DNA of 56,686 bases, filler included, from Jimgerdemannia flammicorona (lineage: Eukaryota): the NCBI GenBank assembly GCA_003990765.1. It is 2 parts of 2 records of this genome, joined end to end, with 100 filler letters (N's around TTAATTAATTAA, not from the genome) between each part and the next. Parts side by side here need not be neighbours in the genome. Positions count along the whole stretch, not along the records: positions 1 to 28,298 come from RBNJ01000572.1; 1 more part is not named here. One strand, written 5' to 3'. The notes below the pieces were generated by a model that saw nothing but the letters and a program-made list of their open reading frames with translations, was not told the DNA's origin and did no database searches. Both the position numbers and the translations under genes were made by a program. Positions 14,653 through 27,320 of this stretch are shown in pieces (within the stretch, counting starts at the first letter, position 1; every line of letters starts with the position of its first letter).

Positions 14653-16709
14653 TGTAAGTGCACAATCTCCAAGCCACCAGAACTACACATCACCCTCTGA
14701 ACAAGCCACTGAAATCACATGTGACCTCCAAACAAATCTGGAAATCATCTGTAAGATCATAAAGCTGAGTCAAACTAAAGTCACAGTACACAAAGCTGAG
14801 TCAACATGAAGTCACAGAATACAAGAATTATACAAACAGAATCTTATCAATCAGGACCAAATGCATATATACCGAGCACCAAGATATGTCAAAATAGAGA
14901 ACCAAAACAAATAATAACCACAACTTCTGAACATATACAAACATGACCACTAAGATCTATAACTGCATCCATGCTGATATTTGGAATGCCATTGTCAACT
15001 GAGCCACACCCCTCTGCCCCTCATAAATATCCATAGTCTAGCATCTCTCTACTTTGTAGAAGCCCAATGGAATACCTTGAACATGCTTAGCAAAGCCCAC
15101 TGAATCAGACAAATCTCAAGCTACTACCAGATTGGCCACCTCCTGGAAGATATGGTTGAACACCATCATGATACAGACATTACCCAGATGTCCCAACATC
15201 AGAAACTCATTGTCCACAAACATTGAGAACTCTTCTATGAGTATAGTACTATTATCCCCTGCCTCTGAGTTACTACCACCAAAATGATTGCTACCCTGTC
15301 CTATGGTCAAATCAATGACATGATACAAGAACTCAACCACAAGTACCTTGAGTATGTTCAGACCACAGACAGAACCTTCCTACACTCTAATGACCATATT
15401 CTACAAATGCCTCAAGTCAGATACATGATGAAGGATGTCTATGATATAATTTGGTTTGATGAAGATGAAGCAGAAGATAATGATCTCTCTAATGCTGACA
15501 TGACCTCTAGCCAGAAATCTCTACCAACCCTGATCATACCACCAACCTTGCCAATGAACTTACAATAGTTCATAACCACCTATGAGACCTACTGGAACAA
15601 TGACCACTGATATGAATACCAACCTGTGTTTACCCCCAATTACTTCAACTATAATGAAGATACTAGAGAACACAACCTGTATCTTCAGACAACTCTCAAG
15701 ATCGAACCAACCACTTCACCACCTGAGTACAAGCAATATGAACCACAGCCACCAGCTTATTATAACCTAGCAACTCATAGTACCATAACTTATAGAAGAT
15801 ATACAGACAGTGAATCCAATGAAAGTGAAGATGATACATCACTCTTTTGCCCACCAACTCTATATCCAGCATATGAGATAGATGATGCCATTCTGTGGGA
15901 TGGGGATGAAGTCCCAATATATTATTACCTTAGTGAATAAGGAGAAGTAATCCGCAAACCACTCTTCCTAGATAACTACTTTATTAGAGATAATATCATT
16001 GATAGTGATATCATCAAAGACTATCGAGATAGCATCTAAACCTATAAATAGCTTAGCAGTCATAGTATAGTTAGATTAGCCTTATACATACAATATGACA
16101 GTAAACTCAGATGATCTCTTGATATATCAGATTACACTTGTACTACATGACTGCATTCTGACTCAGCAAGGTATTAAGTACTATATCCATATCTAGTATA
16201 GTCCAGATAGCCCCTCACTAGTATAAATACCCCCTCCCCCAGACCTCAGAATCTCAGACTTGAACAGACTTGAACACACAAGAACATTTCTGAATACTTC
16301 CCCACAATATCCCTTCATACAACTACTCCTAGTATAGCAATATCATGAATAGTGAATAAACCTATTTAATAACCCACAAACCACTCTTAAGTAAATCTGC
16401 TCTCTGTTAGGTCCCACTCCTAACCCCATCATGAAATTTCCTAATTGGGTATTGTCTGCAGCAATATGCCAATTCAACTAAGCTGGTCTTAGTTTCTTGA
16501 ACTTTCTGAAATATGGAAAATCCTGAACTAGTTTGAAAAAGGACTTTAGTTGAGACATCAACCCGATCTTGAAATCAATAAGCATAGAGGATGTACTCTA
16601 TATGAAATTGATCTTGACCTTAAGAAAATAGTCTTCCAGAATATCCAGAACTTCCAGAAAACCCTTCCAGAACTATGTAACAGTTACTCTAAAAAGCAAC
16701 CCTCTTATA
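14653..16709 (+). repeat. 3' LTR of copy A; contains a decayed LTR-ORF at 14943-16039
   Basis: Preceded by PPT AAGAAGGGAAGAG; direct repeat of the 5' LTR. Confidence 0.95.
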
Positions 16710-16714
16710 CCAAT

Positions 16715-18370
16715 GCTCTTCATTCATTACTTGCAGGTCTACCTCCCAGCTCCTCTACTATAAAGTTATTTATCATCTTGCACATTCATAAAAGGATTCC
16801 CACCTCCTTCCTCTCAGGAGTCACTGGCCTCTCTCTATCCAATATTGAGATATCAGCTCCTATGCTCACAGTCTTATCTCACTCCTCCTCTTAGATATCC
16901 ACCAGTTCATCCTCACCAGTTGCTACCACCTACCCCCCCTTCACTATCTCAGGAACTCCAAAGTGTACTTACTGGGCTCCCCACATAGATACATCCTCTG
17001 CCACTCTACCCCTTGAAGCTGGACCTTATCTAATAAGAAGTGTGGAGGTTAGGGATGGCTCCTAGACTTCAAAGGTACCATCTGCATAAGAGTTATACCC
17101 ATTCATCTCCTTTTCTACTTCTGGCCCCTTCTCTGCATTCCTGCCATCTTTGCTGGCCCAGACACTCTCCTTGGCTCCCCTTATGATTTCAATGCTACCA
17201 GCATCCTTCTTTGCCCTGCTCTCCAGGTTCACCAACAGCTCTCTCTTGCATCCTTGGGATCTTTCCCACAGCCTCTTATCTATATAAATCCTCTTTTTAT
17301 CCATTACTTCTAAATGTATCAACTCTATATATATCTTCCAAGCCTTTGCTCTCTACTTTATAGCACTACTCAGCTCCTTCAATACCTCTAACAAATCCTC
17401 TTCCTCCTCCTCACTCTTCTTCACCCTTATCACCTTGCATAAGAAAGCCCTCCAAACCATTACTATAGACCAGTCTCTAGTCTTCCCAGTAGCTTCCTTT
17501 TCTGCCAACCAAATTCTAACATTAATATCCCTAGTCTGGAATGAGGTCCCCTCTCAGACCTGGAACCCAACATCAACTATCTCTCCATACTCAGCTATGA
17601 CTTCTTCAACTCTCCTTCTCATCTCCTTAGCAGTCACCATGAGCATACAACTGCACTACTCTGGGGTCCCACCTCAAGCAGTATGCCATCAGAACACATA
17701 CCTCTCTAACAGTCAGTCCAGCCTTCAGTACTTCCTCCAATGGCCCAGCCTCCTCAAAGCCAACCTCCACTCCTTTCAATCCTTTCAGGAACTTCATAGA
17801 CATAGCTCCAGCCACCTGCTTAGCAATTAGCCCCAGCACCATTTTTGTCATTACTGCTAAGCCCCAGAAGTACAAAGTAACTGTGAACTCTGAGATTGAC
17901 TTCTTGAGTAATGGGGCCACTGCCAGGCCCATTACACCATCTGCCAGGTATCTCATCCATCTAAGCCCCATCCTCTCAGCTCCATCATCTACAGTCACAT
18001 CTGGATTTTTTTTCAGATTGGCAGTTCTATTGCCATCAGCCATCACACTTACCTCAGCCACTATGTCTTCAGCTCCACTGCCCCTACTACCAAGGACCAC
18101 TCCCTTCTGCTCAGTTGTCTTTACCATCTTCTTGCCCTTTCTCAGCCAGCTCTTCAGTCCAGACACTGGCCATTCTCCCTTTGCTACATCTGCAAAACTT
18201 ACTCTCACTGACCCCTGCCCTCTGACCCTGCTCTCTTCCCATCTATATCCTCTCACCAGCAGACCCCTCATACTTCCCCCCAAGCCAGGGCCCCTCTCCA
18301 CATACTGCCAGTTGAACATGCTAGGGCCACTCTGCTCAGTATATACCTCAGAATATATATTGGTTGCCAT
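16715..18370 (-). pseudogene. LINE copy 2 ORF1, 5' portion; the remainder lies at about 5690-6057
   Basis: 247-aa ORF fragment 17627-18370 lies upstream of ORF2 and is homologous to 21436-21813 in LINE copy 1 (NLKKNPDVT..GLAVAPLLKKSI). Confidence 0.7.
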
Positions 18371-18454
18371 GTTGCTAGACTCTTCTCTCCAAAAACTATA
18401 TTGTGAGTATTGCCAAAAGATTGTATAATCTGAATGTTACCAGAGAAAGATATG

Positions 18455-21400
18455 TACTGGGTCATCTTCTGCAGTCTTGCCACCACTACCTTGGTGATCA
18501 ACTTTCTGTTCATATCCAGAAGTATGATAGGCTGTCAGTTCTTCTAGTCCTCCCTCTTGCTCTTGTTCTTATAAAGCAGTACTACCAGCTCTATATCTTG
18601 CTCACTCACCCACCTCCCTGACTGTAGTACCAAGTTACACAGTATCATTATCTCTTCTAGTATACCAGAGACTTCTATCATCTTCTTTCAAAAGTCTCAG
18701 GGCAAAACATCCTCTTCTGGTACCATGCCCAGTATAGTTATGGCAAGAATCTAGTAAATCTCCTCCTCCTGAACTGGTATCACTAAGCTGCCCAATCCAT
18801 CTACTTATAGTGGGTGCTAATCCTCCAAAGTATGTTCAATGATAGCTATATCAGCCCCACCCTCCTACTCACTCCACAAACCACTCCACCTCTTCTTTAG
18901 TGAGTCTAAAATATCCTGGAGACCTTACATAAGTAGCCCATCTGAATTCAGTACCCCCTCCCATCTCTGCCTTACTCTCCTCACCTGAAGGATCCTTGAA
19001 AGGTACTGAGAGGGTCTCTCCCCCTCCTCCAGACCTTGCCAGTATAATCATGTAGCCAAACTCTACATCTGTGACTCCTTCTCCTCTCTCAATATCTGTT
19101 ATATATAACTCTGCAACCTCTAGCTTAGCCCACATCAATCTTCAGTCCTCCACCCCCTCTATGGCCAAAAGATCTGCCCAATTGTCCAGAAGTCTAGCTA
19201 ATCTAGCAGAAGCTCAGAACACCCTCTTCTTCCTCTGCCCACCCACTGTCTTACCAGCCTCCCTCTAATAAACTCTAGTAGCCTCCTTCAACCTTATCTA
19301 TCAGATACCAACTGGGGCACTCTCTCATATCCAACCTTCTACTCTCTGCCAAATGTCCTCAGCCCACTTGTCCCACAGTACCTTCTCAGCTAATAAAGAG
19401 GAATTGAGACACTAATGTCTAGGCCCATCTCTACTCTCCTCAAAATGACCCTGTCCCAATAGCCTCCAATAATCAGACCATAGATACCACTCAGCCTCTA
19501 GCAACTTCCAAATATCTAAACCCCAGCAGTCTGCTGTCAGCACTCAGTCAATCCTTATCTCCAGGCCATTTGCCCAGTATATATATATCCTTCTATTTCT
19601 CCAGAATCCTGCTCAGCCTTTTCACATCCTCTCACATCTCCAGGTCCCTGCTCCTATTCTCAGTCCCCTACCCTCTATCAGTCCTATCCACTAGTATATA
19701 CTGGACTATATTAAAGTCTCCTCCAAGAATGTCCACTACAGCCTCTGTAAGAGCCCCACTTTTCTAGAATCTCTTCACCCATTCCACTCACTCATCCTGC
19801 ACAGCAGAGCAGTAGCAGGAACTTACTATAATTGGCTCCCAATCTGGTTGAATTCACTCTCCCCAAACCAGTCTATCTCTCTAGCTCCTTGTATCTTGTA
19901 TCTTCCCTCCACCTCTCCAGACCAGGATCCCAACCTTGCTCTTCCAAACTACCTCTCCTCTCTATTCCTTCATCCATTCCAGTCTATCTAAATCATCTTT
20001 ACATCTAATATCCTATAAAAGAAAGAGATCAGCCTCCAAACTCTTTAGCTAAGTAAAAATATTCTGATATTGAGCTGATCTCCATAGCTTATTTATATTC
20101 AAAGAAAAAATGTTCATTATACTATTCATAAGAAATAATGTTAAAAGTCAAGCATATTCTCTATAACTCTACATTCATCTCCTCCTGTACTAAGTTCAAA
20201 TCATATTCATTAGCCACTTTTTCCTCTTCAATCCTCTTAGCCTCTAAAGTTCAGCTAGCTCCCCATCCTCCTTTTCCTCAAAGTTCTCATGATACTCTAA
20301 GCAGGCTTCCTACCAGAGCTACAGTCTCTCTCTGCTCACTAGAGGGTAGTATACTCCCCAGCAACAACTGTCAGCTCTGCCTCTCTTGTCTTATCAATCT
20401 CATATCCTTTCTCTTCTAAGAAACTGCAAGCACCTCCACCTTCAGAGCCTCCACCACTTCATCTCTCTGCAAGATTTATGCCCATTGATCACCACTAAGT
20501 ACTCTCAGGTCTATATCACCCAACTCCTCAGCTACTAAGTTATTCATCATCTGACATATTCACTGTAGGTTTCTCATCTTCTTTTTACCTGAAGTCGATG
20601 ATCTTCTCTCTCTCAACATTAAGGTATTGGCCTCTATACTTATAGTCTCATCTCACTCCTCCTCAGAGATATCCACCAGTTCATCTTCATCAGCCACTAC
20701 TACCTGTCTCTCTTTCACTATCTCAGAAACTCTAAAGTATACTTACTGAGCTCCTCATATAGGCATATCCTCTACTACTCAGCCCCTCAAAACTGGACTC
20801 CTTCTGATAAGAGGAGGAGTATTCTCTCAGACTTCAAACATACTATCTATATATAGATCTTTGCTCAGCACCTTCCCAACTCCTTCTGGGCCCTTCTCTA
20901 TATTCACTTCACCTTTGCTAGCCCAGATACTCACTTTGGCTCCCCCAGTACTCTCAATACTATCAGCATCCCTCTTCACCTTTCCCTCCAGACTTGCCAG
21001 CAACTCTCTTTGCCTCTTGTATCCTTGGGACCTCTCTCACAACCCCTTATTAATGCAGATGTACTTTCCATCCACTATCTCTAAATGCATCAACTCTATA
21101 TAAGCCTTTCAAGTCTTTGTCCTCTGCTCTACTATACTACTTAACTCCTCCAGTACCTCTAACAAATCCTCCTCCTCCTCCTCCTTGCTCCCCTTTACCC
21201 TTGTTACCTTACATATAAAGACTCCTCACACTATTACTGACAGCCAATCATGAGGCTTCCTGGTAGCCTCTCTCTTGATCAACTGAATCCTGACATCAAC
21301 ATCTCTAGTTCTAAATGAGATCTCTTCTCAGACCCAAAACCCAATATTGATCACCTCTTTATACTCAGCTATGATCTTCTCAACTCTCTTTCTTATCTCC

Positions 21401-22256
21401 ACAGCAGTCACTATAAGTACTTCTTTTACCAGAAGTTACACTACCCTGGGGTTCCACCTCAAGCAATGCACCATCAAGATATACACCTCCCCAATAGTCA
21501 GCCTAGTCTTCAGCACATCCTTCAACAGCTCAGTCTCATCAAAGCCCACCTTTACCTCTTTCAAACCCCTCAGAAACTTCATGGATGCTATACTATCCAT
21601 CTGCTTAACAATTAGCTTTAAGACTATTTTCACCATTACTGCCAAGCCCCAGAAGTATAAAGTAACTATAAACTTCAAGATTGACTTTTTGAGTAATGGG
21701 GCCACTGCCAGGTCTGTCATACTATCTGTTAGATCCCCCAACTGTCCAGGCCCCATCTTCTCAGTCTCATCATCAGTAGTCACATCTGGATTTTTTTTCA
21801 GATTACTAGTCACTACTCAATCAGCAGTTATGTATACCTCCAGCCACTATACCACTAGCCCTGCTACTTGATACTCCCAAGAGAGTCCCTCCTAGCCCCC
21901 AAGCAGTAGCCTTCTTCTTTCCACCCTACAGCCATCTATCCAGCCCAGCTATCATATCTCCTATTTGACCTTCTCAGTAAAGCTCATCTGCTTCTCTCTT
22001 GACTATACTATATCTTCTTCTCTACTACTACTAACCTCTCTTCCTCTCAATAAAGTGCTCAGTATCTCCAACCCTACTCTCTGACCCCTCCCCACATGCT
22101 GCTATCTGAATGCACTGAGGCCACTCTGTCCAGTATACTCTGTAGAACTCTGATTTGAGGATATGTTCTTTAGATATTTCTCTAAAGAATAGTATAAAAG
22201 TAGTTGATATATATTTGTATAATATGAGATATATCAGGAAGAGACTGGAGAGATAT
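18455..22256 (-). mobile_element. LINE copy 1, 5' part (ORF1 about 20135-22165; ORF2 start at 20129, endonuclease to RT N-terminus); 5' boundary approximate
   Basis: Colinear with LINE copy 2. It has the same ORF2 start (MNSIMNIFSLN) and its RT continues from position 1931. Confidence 0.8.
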
Positions 22257-22712
22257 ACTCTCATTTTCTAATGAGTCTAATAGATCCTTAAGTTGATCAA
22301 TCAAGAGATTATATATCAAAATTGCAGAATATATCATTAGAAACTTTTACCAAAACAACTTCTTTTATATATTAATTAAAATATTAAAGTAAAATAAAGA
22401 GTAAAAGTATAAAAAGAGATGAGCAAAATAATACTAAATCAGTAAAAATACTGATAAGCACTCTTCTACTTACTTGTAAAACTTTAATAACTTTTCTTAA
22501 TTTCTCTCACTCACTCTTCTCAATTACCATATCTCATATTTCTCTATCTGCAGCAGTAGCAGAATCTAGTGCCTGAATTATATTTAAATAAGTTAATATT
22601 AATTAATAAGTCTGATACTATTCTCCAATATTATTATTAGTAACCTACTATAGTAAGTATTAGTGTATATTTAATTATTGTAAATATTAAGTTTCAATAT
22701 ATACTAACATTC

Positions 22713-22894
22713 AAAATAAGTAAGGAGAGATGGGGTAGTGAGTAGTAAGATAGTATTTAAGTATGAAGATATGGGGGAGGAAGGGGCCCTAGGGGGATTG
22801 GGTAGTGAGAGAGAGTACTGTATTTATATTTAATAAACTAGTAATATGTAAATGGTAAAGTCTAAGTGACTATAAAAAAAAATATAAAAAAAAA
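22713..22894 (+). mobile_element. Short 5'-truncated copy of the same LINE family with A-tail
   Basis: Matches the reverse complement of 1-45 and of the LINE 3' end (..AGTCTAAGTGACTATAAAAAAAA). Possible TSD AACATTC on both sides. Confidence 0.75.
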
Positions 22895-23029
22895 CATTCT
22901 TTTAGAGCAAGATTGATTACTTTACATTATTCAGTAAGTTTTTTTTATTACAATAATGATAATTGGATTATAATGATTAATTTGTATAACTTTGAAATGG
23001 TATTAGAGCTTATATAAATTTTACTTCAA

Positions 23030-24112
23030 TTATCAAAGAGTTGTGTGAGATAATCTTGAACAGTAAGATTCAGAACATAGGCCTGACACTATATATAGTA
23101 TTGTCTACATCAAAGATTATATTTTCTTGTTGAAGTTTAGTTACCAAAATATGGAAAAATGTAATATTATTAAAGATATTATCTATTATAATGATCAATA
23201 TCTATATTTCAAAATTTTAATATATAAAATTATATAAAAAGTAGTTAATGATTAAAAGTAAAAAATATGTTTTTTTCTTTTTATCCTCTTTTAACATCAG
23301 TTTAAAAATAAAAACTTCTATACTTTAGTTGTAACTCTAAGCTCTTGAATATAGTTTATGAATACTTCTGTAATATTTTCTTCAGAATGAGGACCCTCAA
23401 GCTTTATAAAGTCAAGAGTGAGAGTTTAAAGCTACCAATTAGTATCAATCTAATATCTAGTAATACTAAGAAATGAAATGATATTTGGAGATATTCAGAT
23501 ATTAATTGTGAATAAAATTTTACCCACTATACTCTGTAGTAAAATTTGAAATATAGTTAGCAACTATATTTGATTCAATGATATCTTTAATATTACTAAT
23601 AATAATCTGAATACTTTTATCTGAAGTTTTTGATAGAGATTATTATACTCTTTTTTATAGGCCTCTATAATATCATTATAAATAGTATCAATACTTGAGA
23701 TATATAAATCAGGCTTGATAAGACCAAAGAGACTTCATAATAAAGTGCTCTCAATAGCTGTAAATAGTTAGTCTTCATATATAATTCAATAAATAAGTTG
23801 ATTTTGAAACTTCAATATAGAATATAGCTAAATTGTTTTTCAAAAAAAAAGAAAAAAAAACTTAAGAGGTATAAAAGATATATTTTTAAATCTATACTAA
23901 AATAAGAGAGAGATCATCTATTTATTATAGCTAAAATATCAATTTTATTTAATATTATATTCAATTCTATTTTATCTGAATATTAAGCTTTCATGTACTT
24001 ATTATATTTATAGTAGAGTTATCATACATCTTGTACTTCTGCCTGTATTTTAAAAATTTTACACATATATCAAACAAACTATAAATATATCTAAAGTATT
24101 ACAAATTTTACT

Positions 24113-24152
<40 letters not shown>

Positions 24153-24260
24153 ACCCATAATACTTATAAGTATCTTCATTTTTACTAGTCTTGGTACAAT
24201 ATTACTAAACTTCAGAATGAGAAGTATAGTATGGAATATTATTCAAAGAAGATTGAATAT
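23030..24260 (-). pseudogene. Intron-containing hAT-family transposase remnant (BED finger plus N-terminal DDE region); not present in the ORF track
   Basis: Manual minus-strand translation gives: SEV*xY..YK (BED start); *IIYED*LFTAIE..LFGLIKPD; GKILFTINI*ISPN..FLSIT.Y*IDTNW.L.TLTLDFIKLEGPHSEENI; DNIFNN (DNASNN-like); CQAYVLNLTVQD (CxAH-LNL motif). Short GT..AG AT-rich introns are present, e.g. about 24092-24154. Confidence 0.85.
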
Positions 24261-24404
24261 TGTTTAAAGAAGTCTAACTTAAAGTATTATCAGTACTATA
24301 AAATATTGATGGCTGGTCTATTAACATTGATATAGTATATATATATATTTATATGTATGTATTTTGCTCATATGTTCTTTTGTTTATATATATTGATAAA
24401 TCAT

Positions 24405-24683
24405 ATGATAGGTTTGAATTTGAGATTTGAATCAGATAGTTCAAGTTAAATAATTTGAATTTAACAATTTAAATCTGGAGATTTGAATCTAGTGATTTGA
24501 ATTAATAACTCCAAGATTTAAATCAGAGTAGTCACAATTTGAACTAATTTAAATTAATCATATAATGAATTTGAATTGATTTCAATTATATAGTTCAAAT
24601 TAATTATATAATGAATTTAGATTAGTTTTAATCAGGAATAGTTACAATTTGAATCAATTCAAACTAACTTATTTGGAGTACTA
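24405..24683 (-). repeat. 5' terminus of the hAT element: subterminal TTTGAAT/ATTCAAA repeats and terminal inverted repeat ending GGAGTACTA
   Basis: The terminal sequence matches the TIRs at 26212-26223 and 27901-27912, and it lies upstream of the transposase. Confidence 0.7.
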
Positions 24684-25725
24684 ATAACTACTAGTATAAA
24701 TATCAATCTGTATTCATATCTGATTACTTTAACTATAAGAGAACATAATCTGTACCTCTAGATAATCTTTGAGATTGAACCAATAAATCTATCTTTTGAG
24801 TATAAATAATATGAATAATAACTACTAGTATACTATAACTCTGCAACACATAGTATCATAACTTATTAAAGATATACTGACAGTGAATCTGATGAAAGCA
24901 AAGATGATATACCTCTTCCACCTACCAATACCCTATCAAGTATATGAGACAGATAATACTATCTTATAAAATAATAATATAGTTTCAATATACTACTATA
25001 TAAATAGACAGAGAGATATAATCTAAAAACTGCTCTTCCTAGATAACTACTTCATCAGAGATGATATCATTGATAGTGATCTTATTGAAGAATTTCCAGA
25101 CAGTATCTAAATCTATATAATAGTTATTAGTATAGTTAGATTAGCCTTATACTATATAACTATATTCTGACTCATCAAAGCACTAAGTACTATATCCATA
25201 TTTAGCATAATTCAGATAGCCTCCTATTAGTATAAATACTCACTCTCTCAGATCTCAGAATTTTAGACAAAAACAGATAAATAAGTTAAGAACACTCCTC
25301 TATACAAATATCTCTTCACACACTACTCTTAATATTAGTCAATAGTAATATTATAAATAGTAAATAAACCTATTTAATAATCCATAAACTACTCTTAAGT
25401 AAAACTATACTATATTAGATTCTACTTCTAATTAGATTCTAAAATTTTCTAATTGAGTATTGTCTATAGTGATATACCTATTCAACTAAGCTGGTCTTAG
25501 TTTCTTAAACTTCCTAAAATATAGAAAATCCTGAACATCTAGAATAAGTCTGAAAAAGAACTTTGATTAAGACATTAATTCAATCTAGAAATCAATAAGT
25601 ATAGAGAATATACTCTATATGAAATTGATCTTAACCTTAAGAAAACAGTCTTCCAGAATATCTAGAACTTCCAGAAAACCCTTTCAGAACTATGTAATGA
25701 TATCTTAATAAAGTACCCTCTTATA
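24684..25725 (+). repeat. Old 5'-truncated solo LTR fragment of the chromovirus family; includes the 3' part of the LTR-ORF
   Basis: Colinear with about 30747-31872 but strongly AT-shifted. It ends CCCTCTTATA with no PBS after it. Confidence 0.85.
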
Positions 25726-26075
25726 CTTAATATATATATATTAAGAAGTCTTTTAATTATTCTTTTATTTAATAGTATTATATACTAAGATTTGAAAAAG
25801 TACTATTTCTTTATAGTAGAATAAAGGTGTTACTCTCCTTTAGTAACTATTAAAAGAGACTTGTTCTTGCTATACACAGACTAAATCTCTTGTCATTTAG
25901 ATTAAAAGAGATTTTTTTTTTAGATTTATATATCAGTTCTTAGTTCTGGTAGAAGTTAGTTAGACTTCTGGAGTTTAGTCAGAAACACTAAAGTAACTTA
26001 AGGTTCATTACTAAGGAACTCAGAGGAGTGTATATAGAGGGGAATTTGTACTTGACTAAGAGCTGGTTTTCCGGC

Positions 26076-26223
26076 TAGTGCTCTCAATAAATCAAATTGA
26101 CCCAAATTCAATTTGATTCAATTCAAATTGAATCAAAGGTCCAATTTGATTCAAACTTTATTTGAATTGAAAAATCCCCAATTCAATTCGATTCGAATTG
26201 ATTCAATTCGTTTGGGAGCACTA
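26076..26223. mobile_element. 148-bp non-autonomous hAT element (MITE)
   Basis: TIRs TAGTGCTCTCAA / TTGGGAGCACTA; 8-bp TSD TTTCCGGC / TTTCTGGC; internal ATTCAA/TTGAAT repeats. Confidence 0.9.
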
Positions 26224-26390
26224 TTTCTGGCTATCTGCATATGACTAATTGGGTATGTGATGCTTAGTTATTTGTTCCAAAAACCATTGACCTTTGTGTT
26301 CAGGACAGTTGCTTTTGGTAATGCATTTGTTAAGTAATACAGTTGTTGTGGCCCTGGTGCAGGTTCCAGTGTTCAGGAGGTTTGGTATTT

Positions 26391-26525
26391 CGTTTTCCGC
26401 GTTCGTCTCCTTTGCCTCTTCGTCTTGTTCGCGTGTCTCTCGTTCGTGACGTCATCGCCGGGTCACGTGATCGCTGTTCGCGGATTCTTATTACAATCAT
26501 ATACTATCATAGTATTGATTATCGC
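26391..26525. promoter_or_regulatory. CpG-dense patch with CRE-like TGACGTCA (26447-26454) and E-box CACGTG (26464-26469); putative promoter-like site
   Basis: About 16-17 CpG in 135 bp within otherwise CpG-depleted DNA, plus two palindromic motifs. Confidence 0.4.
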
Positions 26526-27157
26526 TCCTTTCTCCACTACCTTACTGGTCACAAGGTTTGGTAGGCAACCTTCTGAGTCCCCTTTCTCCTATTATTACCC
26601 CCTCTACCTTGGGTTGGTTTGCTGTGCCTGCAGGGGTATGATGAGAGGAGAGTAATGGTAATAAGTTGCCCTTTTATTGGTATCAGATCAGTATCTTCTC
26701 CACTTTTTTGCAGTTTCTGGTGCCTTCAGCTGTATCTGGGGTATACTCATTTTGGTGCAGCACCTTCTTCCTTTTGCTGTCACTAACAAGATATTGTCTC
26801 AATACATCACAGGTTATATAGGGAGTCAGCTGACCTTGGACATTAAGTGCTCAGTATAGATTATCTACAGGTCCTTAGTGTCTATGGTGGGGCCCTCTGA
26901 CTTTGGTAAGCTTCCTGGTGAGCATGGTTCTGGCATAGGTGACTGTTTTTTGGATATTGTTGAGATAGGAGGAGAGATGGCTATCATAGATAAGAAGAAG
27001 AGCAATAATAATAGACCAGTAGGGTACCAGGCTGGGGGTGGTCATCAGGGCTGGGATAGGTGCTGTTTCAGTGGGGCCTTTTGATTGGTGCAGTATTGTT
27101 AGGTGATAGATATCACTCTTAGCTTCTTTTGACAATTCAGCAAATTGGGCCCTGATC
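26526..27157. repeat. Unclassified dispersed repeat X (decayed, coding-like on the minus strand)
   Basis: Homologous to 45805-46313 in direct orientation and to 45261-45803 in inverted orientation. Confidence 0.8.
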
Positions 27158-27320
27158 ATTGAGAGAGGTTGGGGAGCCCAAGACTATTTATTTCAGGCAT
27201 CTTAGCTATACTCAACTGGAACTGGGAGCTGATATGGCAATATGATTGAGGCCCACAGACTTGAGTAGTGGAATATTGGGAGTCTCCTCCCATCTCACAT
27301 ATAAGTCCTCTACTTATCTC

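Larger units (their letters stand above)
6058..16709 (+). mobile_element. Ty3/Gypsy chromovirus LTR retrotransposon copy A, full length, heavily mutated
   Basis: Two ~2.07-kb LTRs with TGTAAG..CTTACA ends (the 3' LTR end is mutated to CTTATA), PBS, PPT, gag-pol remnants and a 5-bp TSD CTAAT/CCAAT (6053-6057, 16710-16714). Confidence 0.95.
1932..18454 (-). mobile_element. LINE copy 2, near full length (ORF1, ORF2, poly-A), inserted into LINE copy 1 and interrupted by LTR element A at 6058-16709
   Basis: Poly-T at 1932-1960 is the poly-A tail. Degenerate TSD: TACTGGGCTAC (1921-1931) / TACTGGGTCAT (18455-18465). The RT sequence of LINE copy 1 resumes exactly at 18455. Confidence 0.85.

Noticed and set aside
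17883..18428. 181-aa plus-strand ORF (also 21347-21871 and similar)
   Set aside because: Antisense shadow of LINE ORF1, with Ser/Pro/Leu-biased composition.
22260..22712. Possible host gene or left end of the hAT element
   Set aside because: AT-rich, with no recognisable motif or TIR found. Left unannotated, as were 25730-26070 and 27920-28298.
24113..24150. T8-A31 tract as a retroposon tail
   Set aside because: It lies within a GT..AG intron of the hAT transposase remnant, with no LINE 3' end or TSD.
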